Source: an uncultured Victivallales bacterium (GTDB lineage: Bacteria > Verrucomicrobiota > Lentisphaeria > Victivallales > UBA1829). From it: DNA of 36,854 nt. The stretch lies in NCBI GenBank assembly GCA_964483055.1, contig CAZAAM010000002.1, positions 1-36,854 of the forward strand, written 5' to 3'. The number at the start of each line of letters is the position of its first letter. The first letter of the stretch is position 1. The notes below the pieces were generated by a model. The model worked only from the letters and a program-made list of their open reading frames with translations. It made no database searches and was not told where the DNA came from. The position numbers and the translations under genes were made by a program. Positions 16,270-24,555 of the stretch are shown here, one piece after another.

Positions 16270-18124
16270 AGCCGAAGAGTCGCCGCCGGCGCTCCGTTCG
16301 CTCCCGCGGATTCTTGCGGAATCCTGGGCGGCGATTCTGGTCGCTTTGCTTCCGTTGAAGTTCACGGAAATGATTTCCGTTCCGGAAATGCCGCCCGCGT
16401 TCCGCACCGACTTCTGGTCGTTGCTGACGGCTCCTTTCCCGACCGTCTTCTTTTCGATGGCGGCGATTTCGCTGCTTGTCCTTGCCCTGGCGGCGTTCCT
16501 TCTGCATCGGGGGCCGTTCGAGGCGCGTCCTTTGCTTTACGGGCTCCTGTGGATCCCGCTTGCAGCGGCATCCCTCCTCGGATTGCGGAACGCCTCCTGT
16601 CAGGAATACGCCGTACAGGCGATCGCCTATGTTCTTCCTCTGACGGGCTGCGTCGCATCCCTCTGCATTCTGACGGCCATGCGGAGCGGCTTTCGCCGGA
16701 TTCTGCGCGGAGCTCTGCTGTTCGCCGTCTTTCTAGCCGTCTTTTCCGGCTTTGATCAATGGCTGCATCAGTTCGATCTCATGGAGGCTTATCTGAACGA
16801 GCCCGGACGCGCGGAGGCGATTCAGGGAACGTTGCGAAGCCGCGCGCTTGAGCGGCGCATCTTCGGGCTTTTCAATGTGGCGAACACGTTCGCCGGCTGG
16901 CTTGCGGCGATGCTTCCGCTGGCGCTTGCGGCGCTATGGCGCTTCGGGAATGAACGCGTCTCCCCGCCGAAGCTCTCGCGCCGCGTCCTGACATGCATCG
17001 GTCTCGCCGCGATCGGCTTTCTGCTCGTGCGGACGGAAAGCCGCGGCGCGTTCTTCGCGCTGATCGCCGCTTCCGCCTTGACGGCCATGGCGATTCCGGC
17101 GTCGCGAAGGACGCGGACCGTCGTCATTGCGGGACTGCTCCTTTGCATCGGATTGTTTGTTCTTGCCGTGACAGCGGGGCGCGGCCCGCTGTCAATGCTG
17201 GTTCGTCTCGACTACTTTCAGGCGGCGTTCCGGATGATGACGCGCGAACCTCTGTTTGGCTCCGGTTGGGGCGACTTCTTCCACGACTATTTCCGGCTGC
17301 GGCTTTGGGAGGATTCGGAAGGATCGCATTCTCCGCACAACTTCCTGCTGTTTTTCGGCGCGCAGTGCGGAGTCGTCGGCTTTCTCGCGGCGTTCGCCGT
17401 CTGGCTCTTTCCTGTATGGAACGCCTTGCGCGCCGCCCGGCGTCTTCGCTGGAACGATGCGGCGGGCTTCCGCGCGTTCGCGGCATCCTTCGCCGTTCTC
17501 ACGCTCTCGCTGGATCTTCTTCTGGAAATCGGAATCGAAACGCCGGCAAGCGCGACGACGCTTGCCGTTCTGGCTCTTTTGGCGCAGGAGGAGTCCGATT
17601 CGGCGCCCGTCCGTCTCTTCCCCGCCGCGCCGCTTTGGAGCAAGGCGGCGATCCTGACAGGCGGATGCGCGTTCGCGTTCGTATCGATTGTCCTTGTCCA
17701 TAAGGAGTTCCGTTCTGAAAAGGCGCAAAGCGATCTGTTCTACGCATTGGATCCGGCGTTTTCTCTGGAGGCGGACTTCCAGCCTCCGCCGCCGGATCGC
17801 GTCGCCGTGCTTCTGGAGCGGACGCGACGAGATGCGCCGCATGCCCCGTTTCCGTTGGCGAAGGCGGCAGGCTATTGTCTTGCGATCGGGCGGGCGGATG
17901 CGGCGGTTTCGCTGTTGAACGAGGCGGAGCGCCTTTCTCCGGAGAATCCTGCATTGCGGCTGTTCCGAACGCAGGCGATGTTCCAAGCGAACGGCGGTCG
18001 GATGACGGAGGAGATCCGGCGAGAACTTGCGCGCGTGCGGGAAGCGGCTCCGAAGAATCCGGACTGGAAACGTTGCGACGAGGAACTCGTGCGAATCGAA
18101 GCGTTGGAGGAAATGGAACGATGA
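16244..18124 (+). CDS. O-antigen ligase (Wzy_C) family polytopic membrane protein with a C-terminal TPR-like domain, 626 aa
   Basis: At least 10 hydrophobic segments. TESRGAFFALIAAS and GSHSPHNFLLFFGAQCG motifs are typical of O-antigen ligase/polymerase domains. The last ~170 aa are soluble and helical-repeat-like. It overlaps xerC by 26 nt (alternative ATG at 16262). Confidence 0.8.
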   Translation: MTKRIRMPEAEESPPALRSLPRILAESWAAILVALLPLKFTEMISVPEMPPAFRTDFWSLLTAPFPTVFFSMAAISLLVLALAAFLLHRGPFEARPLLYGLLWIPLAAASLLGLRNASCQEYAVQAIAYVLPLTGCVASLCILTAMRSGFRRILRGALLFAVFLAVFSGFDQWLHQFDLMEAYLNEPGRAEAIQGTLRSRALERRIFGLFNVANTFAGWLAAMLPLALAALWRFGNERVSPPKLSRRVLTCIGLAAIGFLLVRTESRGAFFALIAASALTAMAIPASRRTRTVVIAGLLLCIGLFVLAVTAGRGPLSMLVRLDYFQAAFRMMTREPLFGSGWGDFFHDYFRLRLWEDSEGSHSPHNFLLFFGAQCGVVGFLAAFAVWLFPVWNALRAARRLRWNDAAGFRAFAASFAVLTLSLDLLLEIGIETPASATTLAVLALLAQEESDSAPVRLFPAAPLWSKAAILTGGCAFAFVSIVLVHKEFRSEKAQSDLFYALDPAFSLEADFQPPPPDRVAVLLERTRRDAPHAPFPLAKAAGYCLAIGRADAAVSLLNEAERLSPENPALRLFRTQAMFQANGGRMTEEIRRELARVREAAPKNPDWKRCDEELVRIEALEEMER

Positions 18125-19224
18125 ATCGCTTTTTTGATCATGCGGCGGCGTCTCCGCCGACCCGAGAGACGCTCCTGCGCTTTGTGGAGCTTGCAATGGA
18201 ATTCCCGGGAAATCAGGAATCCTCCGGCGCAATGGGCGAAACCGCAAAGACCGCGCTTCGCGACGCCGAGTCGCGTCTGCTTGTTCGCATCTGCGGCCGC
18301 CGCGCGCCGGATTTCCGCGTTCAGTGGCATCACGCCGGGACGGACGCCGTTCAAAGCGCGATCCGTCTCCTGGCGGACTCCTGTCCGCGCGGCGGGACCG
18401 TCCTTTTCACAGAGGGAGAGCACGCCTCGGCGCTTGCGGCGCTGGACGAGCTTCCCGAGCGATTCCAGAAAAGGCGCGTCGCATTGCTCCCGGATGGACG
18501 AATCGATTTGGATTCCTTGCGGGAGGCGTGCGCCGCCGAGCCCCCTGCGTTTGCAGTATTTCATTGGGTTCAAAGCGAAACCGGCGCAATGCAGGACGTG
18601 CGCGCCTTGCGGGGGATTCTGCAGTCCGTTCCGCTGTTTCTTGACGCCGTCCAGGGAATCGGGAAGCTCGATTTCCCATTCGAATCCGTTCGTCCGGACA
18701 TGCTTTCGATTTCGGGACAGAAGATCGGCGCCCCTTCCGGCGCGGCGCTTGTGCATCATCGGCGCCATGCCGCCGCGGCGCGAGCCCAGCGTAGCGAACG
18801 CCATGCGATCAGCCGCGTGCCGCCCGCCTTCTGCCTCCTGCTGACGGAGCTGCTGGAACGCCCGCGGCCCATCCCTCGCTTCGATCTTCGTGCGACGCTT
18901 CTTGCCGAATTGGAACGCGTTTCGCCGGGCGAGCTGCAGCCGACGCTTCCCGAATCGACCTCTTCTCCGTGGATTCTTCATCTTAGGGCGCGGCGCTGTC
19001 AGGGCGCTCATTTGGTTCGCTCCTTGGCGCGCTTCGGCATTTCCATCGCGTCCGGAAGCGCCTGCGATGCGGAATCGGATCGTCCTTCGCGCGTTCTTAC
19101 GGCGATGGGATTCCGAAAGGACGAGGCGTATCGCGGCGTACGCATTTCCTTCTCGCCAAGCCATGAGCCGGAAGATCTTTCCGCCTTGGCGGAAGCTTTG
19201 GCGCGCGCAATCCGGGAATATTGA
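18121..19224 (+). CDS. Class V aminotransferase / cysteine desulfurase-like (NifS/IscS family), 367 aa
   Basis: FLDAVQGIGK, SISGQKIGAPSG (PLP lysine; the usual His before the Lys is Gln here) and ASGSACD (active-site Cys loop). The ATG at 18121 overlaps the upstream TGA (ATGA). Confidence 0.8.
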   Translation: MNRFFDHAAASPPTRETLLRFVELAMEFPGNQESSGAMGETAKTALRDAESRLLVRICGRRAPDFRVQWHHAGTDAVQSAIRLLADSCPRGGTVLFTEGEHASALAALDELPERFQKRRVALLPDGRIDLDSLREACAAEPPAFAVFHWVQSETGAMQDVRALRGILQSVPLFLDAVQGIGKLDFPFESVRPDMLSISGQKIGAPSGAALVHHRRHAAAARAQRSERHAISRVPPAFCLLLTELLERPRPIPRFDLRATLLAELERVSPGELQPTLPESTSSPWILHLRARRCQGAHLVRSLARFGISIASGSACDAESDRPSRVLTAMGFRKDEAYRGVRISFSPSHEPEDLSALAEALARAIREY

Positions 19225-19237
19225 GCCGTCTTGCGCG

Positions 19238-21676
19238 TCAGCGATCGAGGAAGCGCGCGTCCGGGAGTTGTCGTTCGATTTCGCGCCTGTGCGGGTGGGG
19301 CGTTTCGCCGAACTTGACGACGAGGCCTTTGCGGCCTTTGAGCGCGGAAACGTCCGCAAGTTCGTCCGTTCCTTCCAAACGAACGACGCGGATCGGCGAC
19401 TTTTCCAGTCCGTTCAACGTCGTCAAGGAGCGATTTCCGGAAAGATCAAGGTGCGTCAGAGGCAGTCCGCGAAGGGCTTCGAGCGAAGTCAGATTCAGCC
19501 CCGAGAGATTCAGCGAATGCAGCTTCGGAACATCGGCGAGATGTTGGAAGAGTCTGTCATAAACGCTCTGGGGCGCATGGACGCCGCGCGCTTCGATCAT
19601 GCGGAGGGCGAGATCCGTCTTCGGGTGGACGAAGACGATGGAATCCAGAAGATCGAGCGAGCTCTCCCATTCGCCCTGTCGCCAGAGCAGAACGGCGTCG
19701 ATCTCGCGAACGGCTTCCTCGTGACGGAAGCCGGGACGCTGTACGATCTTGCGCTTGACGTCGAGAAGCGACTTGCGGCTCATGTCTCCGGAAAAGCGTT
19801 CCGCCGCAATGCGGTATGCCATGCAAAGCGCATCGTCCGCGAATTCCGAAGACGGATAGGCGTCGGCGAACTGGAGGCAGCGTGAAAATGCGGATTCGGC
19901 ATGTCCAAGCGCAAGGAGCGTCTCCATAGGCTGCAACGGGGTCGGCTTTTCCGGAAGCAGGCGCGTCGCCAGCGCGATCGAGAGCAGGCGAATCGAAGAT
20001 TCCGGAACCGCGTTGCGAATGGAAACGAGGTCGCGCGGGCTTTTTCTTACAGGCGAAGGCCAGGCGATGCGGATCGGTTCGCCGTCGTCGATCCATGCCG
20101 AGAGAAGCCCGTCCAAGCTCATGACGGAGAGCTTGAAGGGACGCCCGTTCTTTGAAGACGTTGCGCAGGCTTCTCCTTTTTCCTCGGAGATGACGCGCAA
20201 TTCTCCTGCCGTCGCGTCGAATTCGATTTTTGCCGCGCCTGCGCCCCGCTGCATCGCGTCGGGGAGCAGCTCGATGCGCAGGTCGGCGTCGCCGCCGTCG
20301 GACTGGAAAACAAGATCGAGGCGCATGCCGGCTTCCAGATCGACGGAAAACGAGATGCGTTCGCCGCCGGGAAGGAGCAATCCCGCTTCGTCGGCTTTCC
20401 AGCTCTGTCCCTCCAGAGCAAGGGGGCCTGCCGCGGCGGCGTCCTTAGGGAAGGAGCGTTCGAAGACCGGGATCCATGCGGCGCTCTTCCGCGCATTCTC
20501 CCGCATGCCATAGAAGCTGAAGGCGATGACAAGGAAGGCGATGATCGCAAAAAGGGAAACGAAGATGCTGTGCCTCCGGAGGAAAAGAACCATCCGGCGA
20601 AAGACCGAGGCGCCTTCGGCTTCCGTGGCGTAGCCGCCGATGAACGCATACAGTTCGCGGATCAGGCTTTTGACCGAATCGTAGCGTCCGCTCTGGCGCA
20701 GGCTCATCGCCTTCAGAATCACGGCCTCCAGTGCGGCGGGAATGTTTCGTTCCGGCGCGGCTTCGGAAGGAGGAGGAAAATTCCCTTGAATGGTGTCGTT
20801 CAGCATGACAGTCACATCGCCTGGACGGATTGGGGAGCGAAGCGTGATGATGTAATAGAGAATCGCTCCGAGGGAATAGATGTCCGTACGGAAATCAAGC
20901 GCGCTGTTCATGCCTGCCGCCTGCTCCGGCGCCATGAATCCGGGCGTGCCCTTGCGGATCCCGTCCGCAGTGGCGTCGCCGTCGTCCTTCAACGTGCGCC
21001 GCATGTCGTCGTTCTCATCGGACGGGCTTCCGTTCTTCACGGGAAGCAGTCGCGCGATGCCCCAGTCCATGATGACGACTTCGTCGAAGTCGCCGATTTG
21101 GATGTTCTCAGGCTTCAGGTCCAAATGGATGACGCCCTTGGAATGGGCGAAGGCGACGCCTTGGCAGACTTTGAGGAAGATGCGCAAAAGGCGGTCGCGC
21201 GTGTAGCGCTTGACATAGGCCGGATCGCCTTTCTCGAGCTTGAGCAGAGCCTGCCGCAGGGTTTCTCCGCGGATGAGCTTCATCGTAAAGTACGGCGTCC
21301 CGTTCGCGTCCAGTCCGATGTCGTGGATCGGAACGATGTTCGGATGTTCGAGATTCGCAGTCAAGCGCGCCTCCCGCAGGAAGCGGAGGACGTGCGAATG
21401 CGGCCGTCCGGCCGCGTCCGGAAGAATCGCCATGGCGACGTCGCGCGCCGTGTCCGCGTCGTGCACGCGCAGGACGATTTTCGTTCCGCCCCGTCCGATG
21501 CTGTTGCGGAACTTGTATTTGTTGTCCTGCTCGCGCGTGAGGCGCAACGATTCGCTGTCATCGACGCCGATGCTCTTCGGATCGATCTTTGTTTGCGTTT
21601 CCGTCGGGCCGAATGCCGCGGTTTGCGGCGGTTCTCCGTGCGGCGGGGGAAGGGAGACGGTTTGATCGCTTTGCAT
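19238..21676 (-). CDS. Transmembrane Ser/Thr protein kinase with an extracytoplasmic beta-rich, helical-repeat and LRR region, 812 aa
   Basis: Kinase motifs HLDLKPEN, DWG and GTPGFMAPE. A single TM segment (SIFVSLFAIIAFLVIAFSFYG). C-terminal leucine-rich repeats (LHSLNLSGLNLTSLEALRGLPLTHLDLSGNRSLTTLNGL). ATG at 21676. Confidence 0.88.
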   Translation of the reverse strand: MQSDQTVSLPPPHGEPPQTAAFGPTETQTKIDPKSIGVDDSESLRLTREQDNKYKFRNSIGRGGTKIVLRVHDADTARDVAMAILPDAAGRPHSHVLRFLREARLTANLEHPNIVPIHDIGLDANGTPYFTMKLIRGETLRQALLKLEKGDPAYVKRYTRDRLLRIFLKVCQGVAFAHSKGVIHLDLKPENIQIGDFDEVVIMDWGIARLLPVKNGSPSDENDDMRRTLKDDGDATADGIRKGTPGFMAPEQAAGMNSALDFRTDIYSLGAILYYIITLRSPIRPGDVTVMLNDTIQGNFPPPSEAAPERNIPAALEAVILKAMSLRQSGRYDSVKSLIRELYAFIGGYATEAEGASVFRRMVLFLRRHSIFVSLFAIIAFLVIAFSFYGMRENARKSAAWIPVFERSFPKDAAAAGPLALEGQSWKADEAGLLLPGGERISFSVDLEAGMRLDLVFQSDGGDADLRIELLPDAMQRGAGAAKIEFDATAGELRVISEEKGEACATSSKNGRPFKLSVMSLDGLLSAWIDDGEPIRIAWPSPVRKSPRDLVSIRNAVPESSIRLLSIALATRLLPEKPTPLQPMETLLALGHAESAFSRCLQFADAYPSSEFADDALCMAYRIAAERFSGDMSRKSLLDVKRKIVQRPGFRHEEAVREIDAVLLWRQGEWESSLDLLDSIVFVHPKTDLALRMIEARGVHAPQSVYDRLFQHLADVPKLHSLNLSGLNLTSLEALRGLPLTHLDLSGNRSLTTLNGLEKSPIRVVRLEGTDELADVSALKGRKGLVVKFGETPHPHRREIERQLPDARFLDR

Positions 21677-21685
21677 GGTCGTTGT

Positions 21686-22321
21686 TCAATCGGATAGATA
21701 CGCTTCCCGACCGACGCGGTTCGCATCGCGGAAAGTCATGTTGTGGGAGACATAGGGAACCATCAGAATCGCCCAGTTGATATGTTCGCATGCGGAGTCG
21801 AGACCGACGACGGCGCGAATCGGCCTTTTCGTCTTGGCGTCCAGAATGTTGTAGTTCATGCTGACGTGTCCGGAGCGAAGATGGCGCATGAAGAGCGGAA
21901 TTTCCGGAATGACAAGGCTGACGCCGAATTCCGGAATTGGGACCGGCAGCTGCGGCGATCCGATCAGGATCTTTTTTTGGTCCGTCGCAAGAACGCCGCA
22001 GGACGGCTGAATGACGATGTCGGCGTCCTTGGAGTCCTTTGCGACGACGATGTCATTGGCGGCGAGGTGGATTTCCGTGAGAGCCTTGACGAGCTCTTCA
22101 TCCGTCTGCGGCTTCAGCAGGGAATAGTCCATGTACGCCGTCTTTCCTTCGAATTCCTTCAAATCCAATTGAAATATGGAGCGTTGCAATGCGGAGTTCA
22201 GAAGCATCTGCTCGATGGCGCTTCGCTTCGTGTTCGTGACGTAGAGATCCGCGCAGGACGTGGCAATCGTGAACGCTGTTCCTGCGCAGGCGAGCTGAAG
22301 AAGTTTTGGGAAAAAGCGCAT
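21686..22321 (-). CDS. Hypothetical secreted protein, possibly a lipoprotein, 211 aa
   Basis: Signal peptide MRFFPKLLQLACAGTAFTIATSC with a relaxed lipobox. The gene ends 9 nt before the kinase ATG, so the two are probably co-transcribed. No family recognised by eye. Confidence 0.7.
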   Translation of the reverse strand: MRFFPKLLQLACAGTAFTIATSCADLYVTNTKRSAIEQMLLNSALQRSIFQLDLKEFEGKTAYMDYSLLKPQTDEELVKALTEIHLAANDIVVAKDSKDADIVIQPSCGVLATDQKKILIGSPQLPVPIPEFGVSLVIPEIPLFMRHLRSGHVSMNYNILDAKTKRPIRAVVGLDSACEHINWAILMVPYVSHNMTFRDANRVGREAYLSD

Positions 22322-22365
22322 TATGGTTCGTCCCGGAATATTGCAGAATGCCGTCCTTTGGCGTT

Positions 22366-22393
22366 ACTATAGCATGCCAACGCGCGATTTCAA
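22366..22393 (-). promoter_or_regulatory. Putative promoter of the lipoprotein-kinase operon
   Basis: The minus strand reads TTGAAA-16 nt-TATAGT, about 45 nt upstream of the ATG at 22321. Confidence 0.5.
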
Positions 22394-22403
22394 CCGAATT
22401 CAA

Positions 22404-22432
22404 TTGACGGAAGGAGCTGCGCGTGCTATAGT
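22404..22432 (+). promoter_or_regulatory. Putative promoter of the LtaS/sulfatase-family gene
   Basis: TTGACG-17 nt-TATAGT, about 78 nt upstream of the ATG at 22510. Confidence 0.6.
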
Positions 22433-22509
22433 ATGCGACGATTCCGCTCTTTGCCGCGTTCGAATCCATGAAGCGTTCATTCGCCGTTTCCTGCTGAAAA
22501 GGAGGGAGA

Positions 22510-24318
22510 ATGGAGGCGTTCGCGTCGCCGTCCGTTTTTTTTGAATTTTTGCAGAAGAACCCTTTCGTCATGACGCAACGCCAGTTTTTAATCGCATCGT
22601 TGTGCTTCGCCGCGCTGACGCTGACGGCGCGGTTCTGCTATTGGCGCGTCCTGCCGGAGGAATCGCATTCGTTCGGCGTCGTTGCGTCCGGCATTGCCGA
22701 TCTGCTGCTTCCGCTTTCCCTGCTGCTGTTTGCGAGCTTTCGCCAGTCCCGGCTTCTGGCCGTGCTGGCCGTGCTTTCAGCTTTCGTCGTTCTGATCGTC
22801 GATGCGGCGAACATTGTTCTTTTCTATAACATGCGGGAGCCGTTTTCCTTCCAAAGCGTGCGTCTGCTTCTGCTTCATGCGGACCACGACACGATGCGCC
22901 TGGAGCTGGGCGATTATTACTACATTGTCTATCCGATGGCGATTCTCGTTGTTCAGGCGCTCATGATCGCTTTGGCTGTTCCGGCCGCTAAAATCGTGCG
23001 CAATCCGTTGAATGCGGATCTGTTCCGTGTCGGAGCATGCTGCATTCTCCTGTGTTCCATCGCCTCATCTCTCTACTGTCTTTCTCCGATCATTGAACGG
23101 CCGGGCCGCGCGGAGTCCGATCTGCTCCTGACAAAGCCGGCGATCGCCTATGTGGCCGACTGTTTCGGCGCTGCCCTGTCGAGCCGCAAACTCATGACGT
23201 ACGGGCAGCGCTGTCTTTCCAAAGAGTCGCGCCGCCTTCTGGTCAACGAAGGCCTTCTTCCGCGCGATCACGCGCCGCGCAAGATCCGGCAATACAAGAG
23301 AATCATTCTCATTGCCGTCGAATCGCTGGATCTGGCCTATGTCGGTCTCAAGAATCCCGAAACCGGGAAGTCCGTGACGCCCTTCCTTGACGAATGCAGA
23401 GAAAAGCACGCGTTCTTCACCAACTTCTTCACCGGATCCCAGCCAACCGCATGGGGCCTTTGCGCATTGCTTCTTTCCCGATTCGATTATCCGCGCGACG
23501 TCTTGCAGTCCCCGAAGCATCATCCTTCCCTTTTCACCGAACTCCGCAAGCACGGCTATTACGGCGCATTCTTCAACGGCGTGCGCCGCACCTTCATGAA
23601 TCAGGGCATCGTCTTTTCCTCTCTGTTCGCTCCGGACGCCCTGTTCCTGCGCGAGGACATCACGGCGCGCTTCCCGAATCCGGGTTTGACGGAATGGGGG
23701 CTCGACGACGAAAGCCTTTTCAACGCCGCTTTTACTGTCATTCGGGAAACTGCGGATCGTCCGGGCTTCTACTTTATAAGCACGATGGACACGCATCCGC
23801 CCTACGCCTGTTCCGATCCGGATCTTCGGGCGCTGACGAAAAGTCCTTTCCTGAATGCCCTCGCCGGATTGGACCGCAATCTGGAACGATTCGTCGAGCG
23901 ATTGGATCGCAACGGACTCTATGATGACGACACGCTCATCATCATTACAGCGGACCATTCCGCCACCCATGGAGAGAACTATACGAAACGGGACGTCTTC
24001 GATCCGGACCGCATTGTGCTGATCTTCCTTTCCAAGACCGGCGATCTCAAGCATGTCCTTCCGACCGATCGATGGTGTTCCCAGCTTGATCTCCCCGTCA
24101 CGCTGCTTGCCATGCTCGGCTTCGAATCGCCAGACGCCTTCCTCGGCTCCAACATCATGACCAAGCGCGACTGCGCCTTGTCCCGCAGCACGGCGCGCAT
24201 GTATCTGCGCCGTCCGGATCGCCCTGTCGTTTTCTGGGATTTGCTCAAGGAGCCGGAAACGCCTCTTCAGCGCGCCCTTTACGAGTGGACCGAGACGGAA
24301 TACGCCTATCGGCGCTGA
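22510..24318 (+). CDS. Alkaline-phosphatase-superfamily membrane enzyme (LtaS / phosphoglycerol-transferase / sulfatase family), 602 aa
   Basis: N-terminal multi-TM region. The extracytoplasmic domain has IILIAVESLD, a GSQPTAWG (Thr nucleophile) region, ISTMDTHPPY and IIITADHSA. The ATG at 22510 follows AGGAGGGAGA. The alternative ATG at 22570 gives MTQRQF. Confidence 0.8.
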   Translation: MEAFASPSVFFEFLQKNPFVMTQRQFLIASLCFAALTLTARFCYWRVLPEESHSFGVVASGIADLLLPLSLLLFASFRQSRLLAVLAVLSAFVVLIVDAANIVLFYNMREPFSFQSVRLLLLHADHDTMRLELGDYYYIVYPMAILVVQALMIALAVPAAKIVRNPLNADLFRVGACCILLCSIASSLYCLSPIIERPGRAESDLLLTKPAIAYVADCFGAALSSRKLMTYGQRCLSKESRRLLVNEGLLPRDHAPRKIRQYKRIILIAVESLDLAYVGLKNPETGKSVTPFLDECREKHAFFTNFFTGSQPTAWGLCALLLSRFDYPRDVLQSPKHHPSLFTELRKHGYYGAFFNGVRRTFMNQGIVFSSLFAPDALFLREDITARFPNPGLTEWGLDDESLFNAAFTVIRETADRPGFYFISTMDTHPPYACSDPDLRALTKSPFLNALAGLDRNLERFVERLDRNGLYDDDTLIIITADHSATHGENYTKRDVFDPDRIVLIFLSKTGDLKHVLPTDRWCSQLDLPVTLLAMLGFESPDAFLGSNIMTKRDCALSRSTARMYLRRPDRPVVFWDLLKEPETPLQRALYEWTETEYAYRR

Positions 24319-24555
24319 CGCCGCGCGTCTTTGCGGACAAGGCGAGGACGGCGTCGAACGGATCGAAGTTCAAGCGGGTTCATTGAAACGGCGCGGGGAC
24401 GCGGCTTCGAATCCGCGAATCCCATCTCGTCCTTCCGGAATTTTCAGAATTCGATCCGTGCGAATCGCTTGCAAAATGGAAGGGCGTGCGGCGGCATGCC
24501 GCCGTATCGCGCGCGCCGCCAAAGATTTTCGTTGCGCAGAATATGGAAGCAGGCG

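Noticed and set aside
15190-19359. Minus-strand ORFs 15190..16407, 17192..18247 and 17872..19359
   Set aside because: They are antisense to xerC, the O-antigen-ligase gene and the NifS-like gene. Composition is Arg/Gly/Pro-rich junk.
24396-24425. tRNA T-arm-like motif CGCGG-cTTCGAAT-CCGCG followed by AATCCCA (possible tRNA 3' fragment or att remnant); TTCGAATCCGC recurs inverted at about 26606-26620
   Set aside because: The loop has 8 nt rather than 7. No complementary acceptor 5' strand, D arm or anticodon arm lies upstream. An 11-nt repeat is expected by chance many times in 37 kb. The second copy also fails T-stem pairing. I do not call a tRNA, tmRNA or attachment site.
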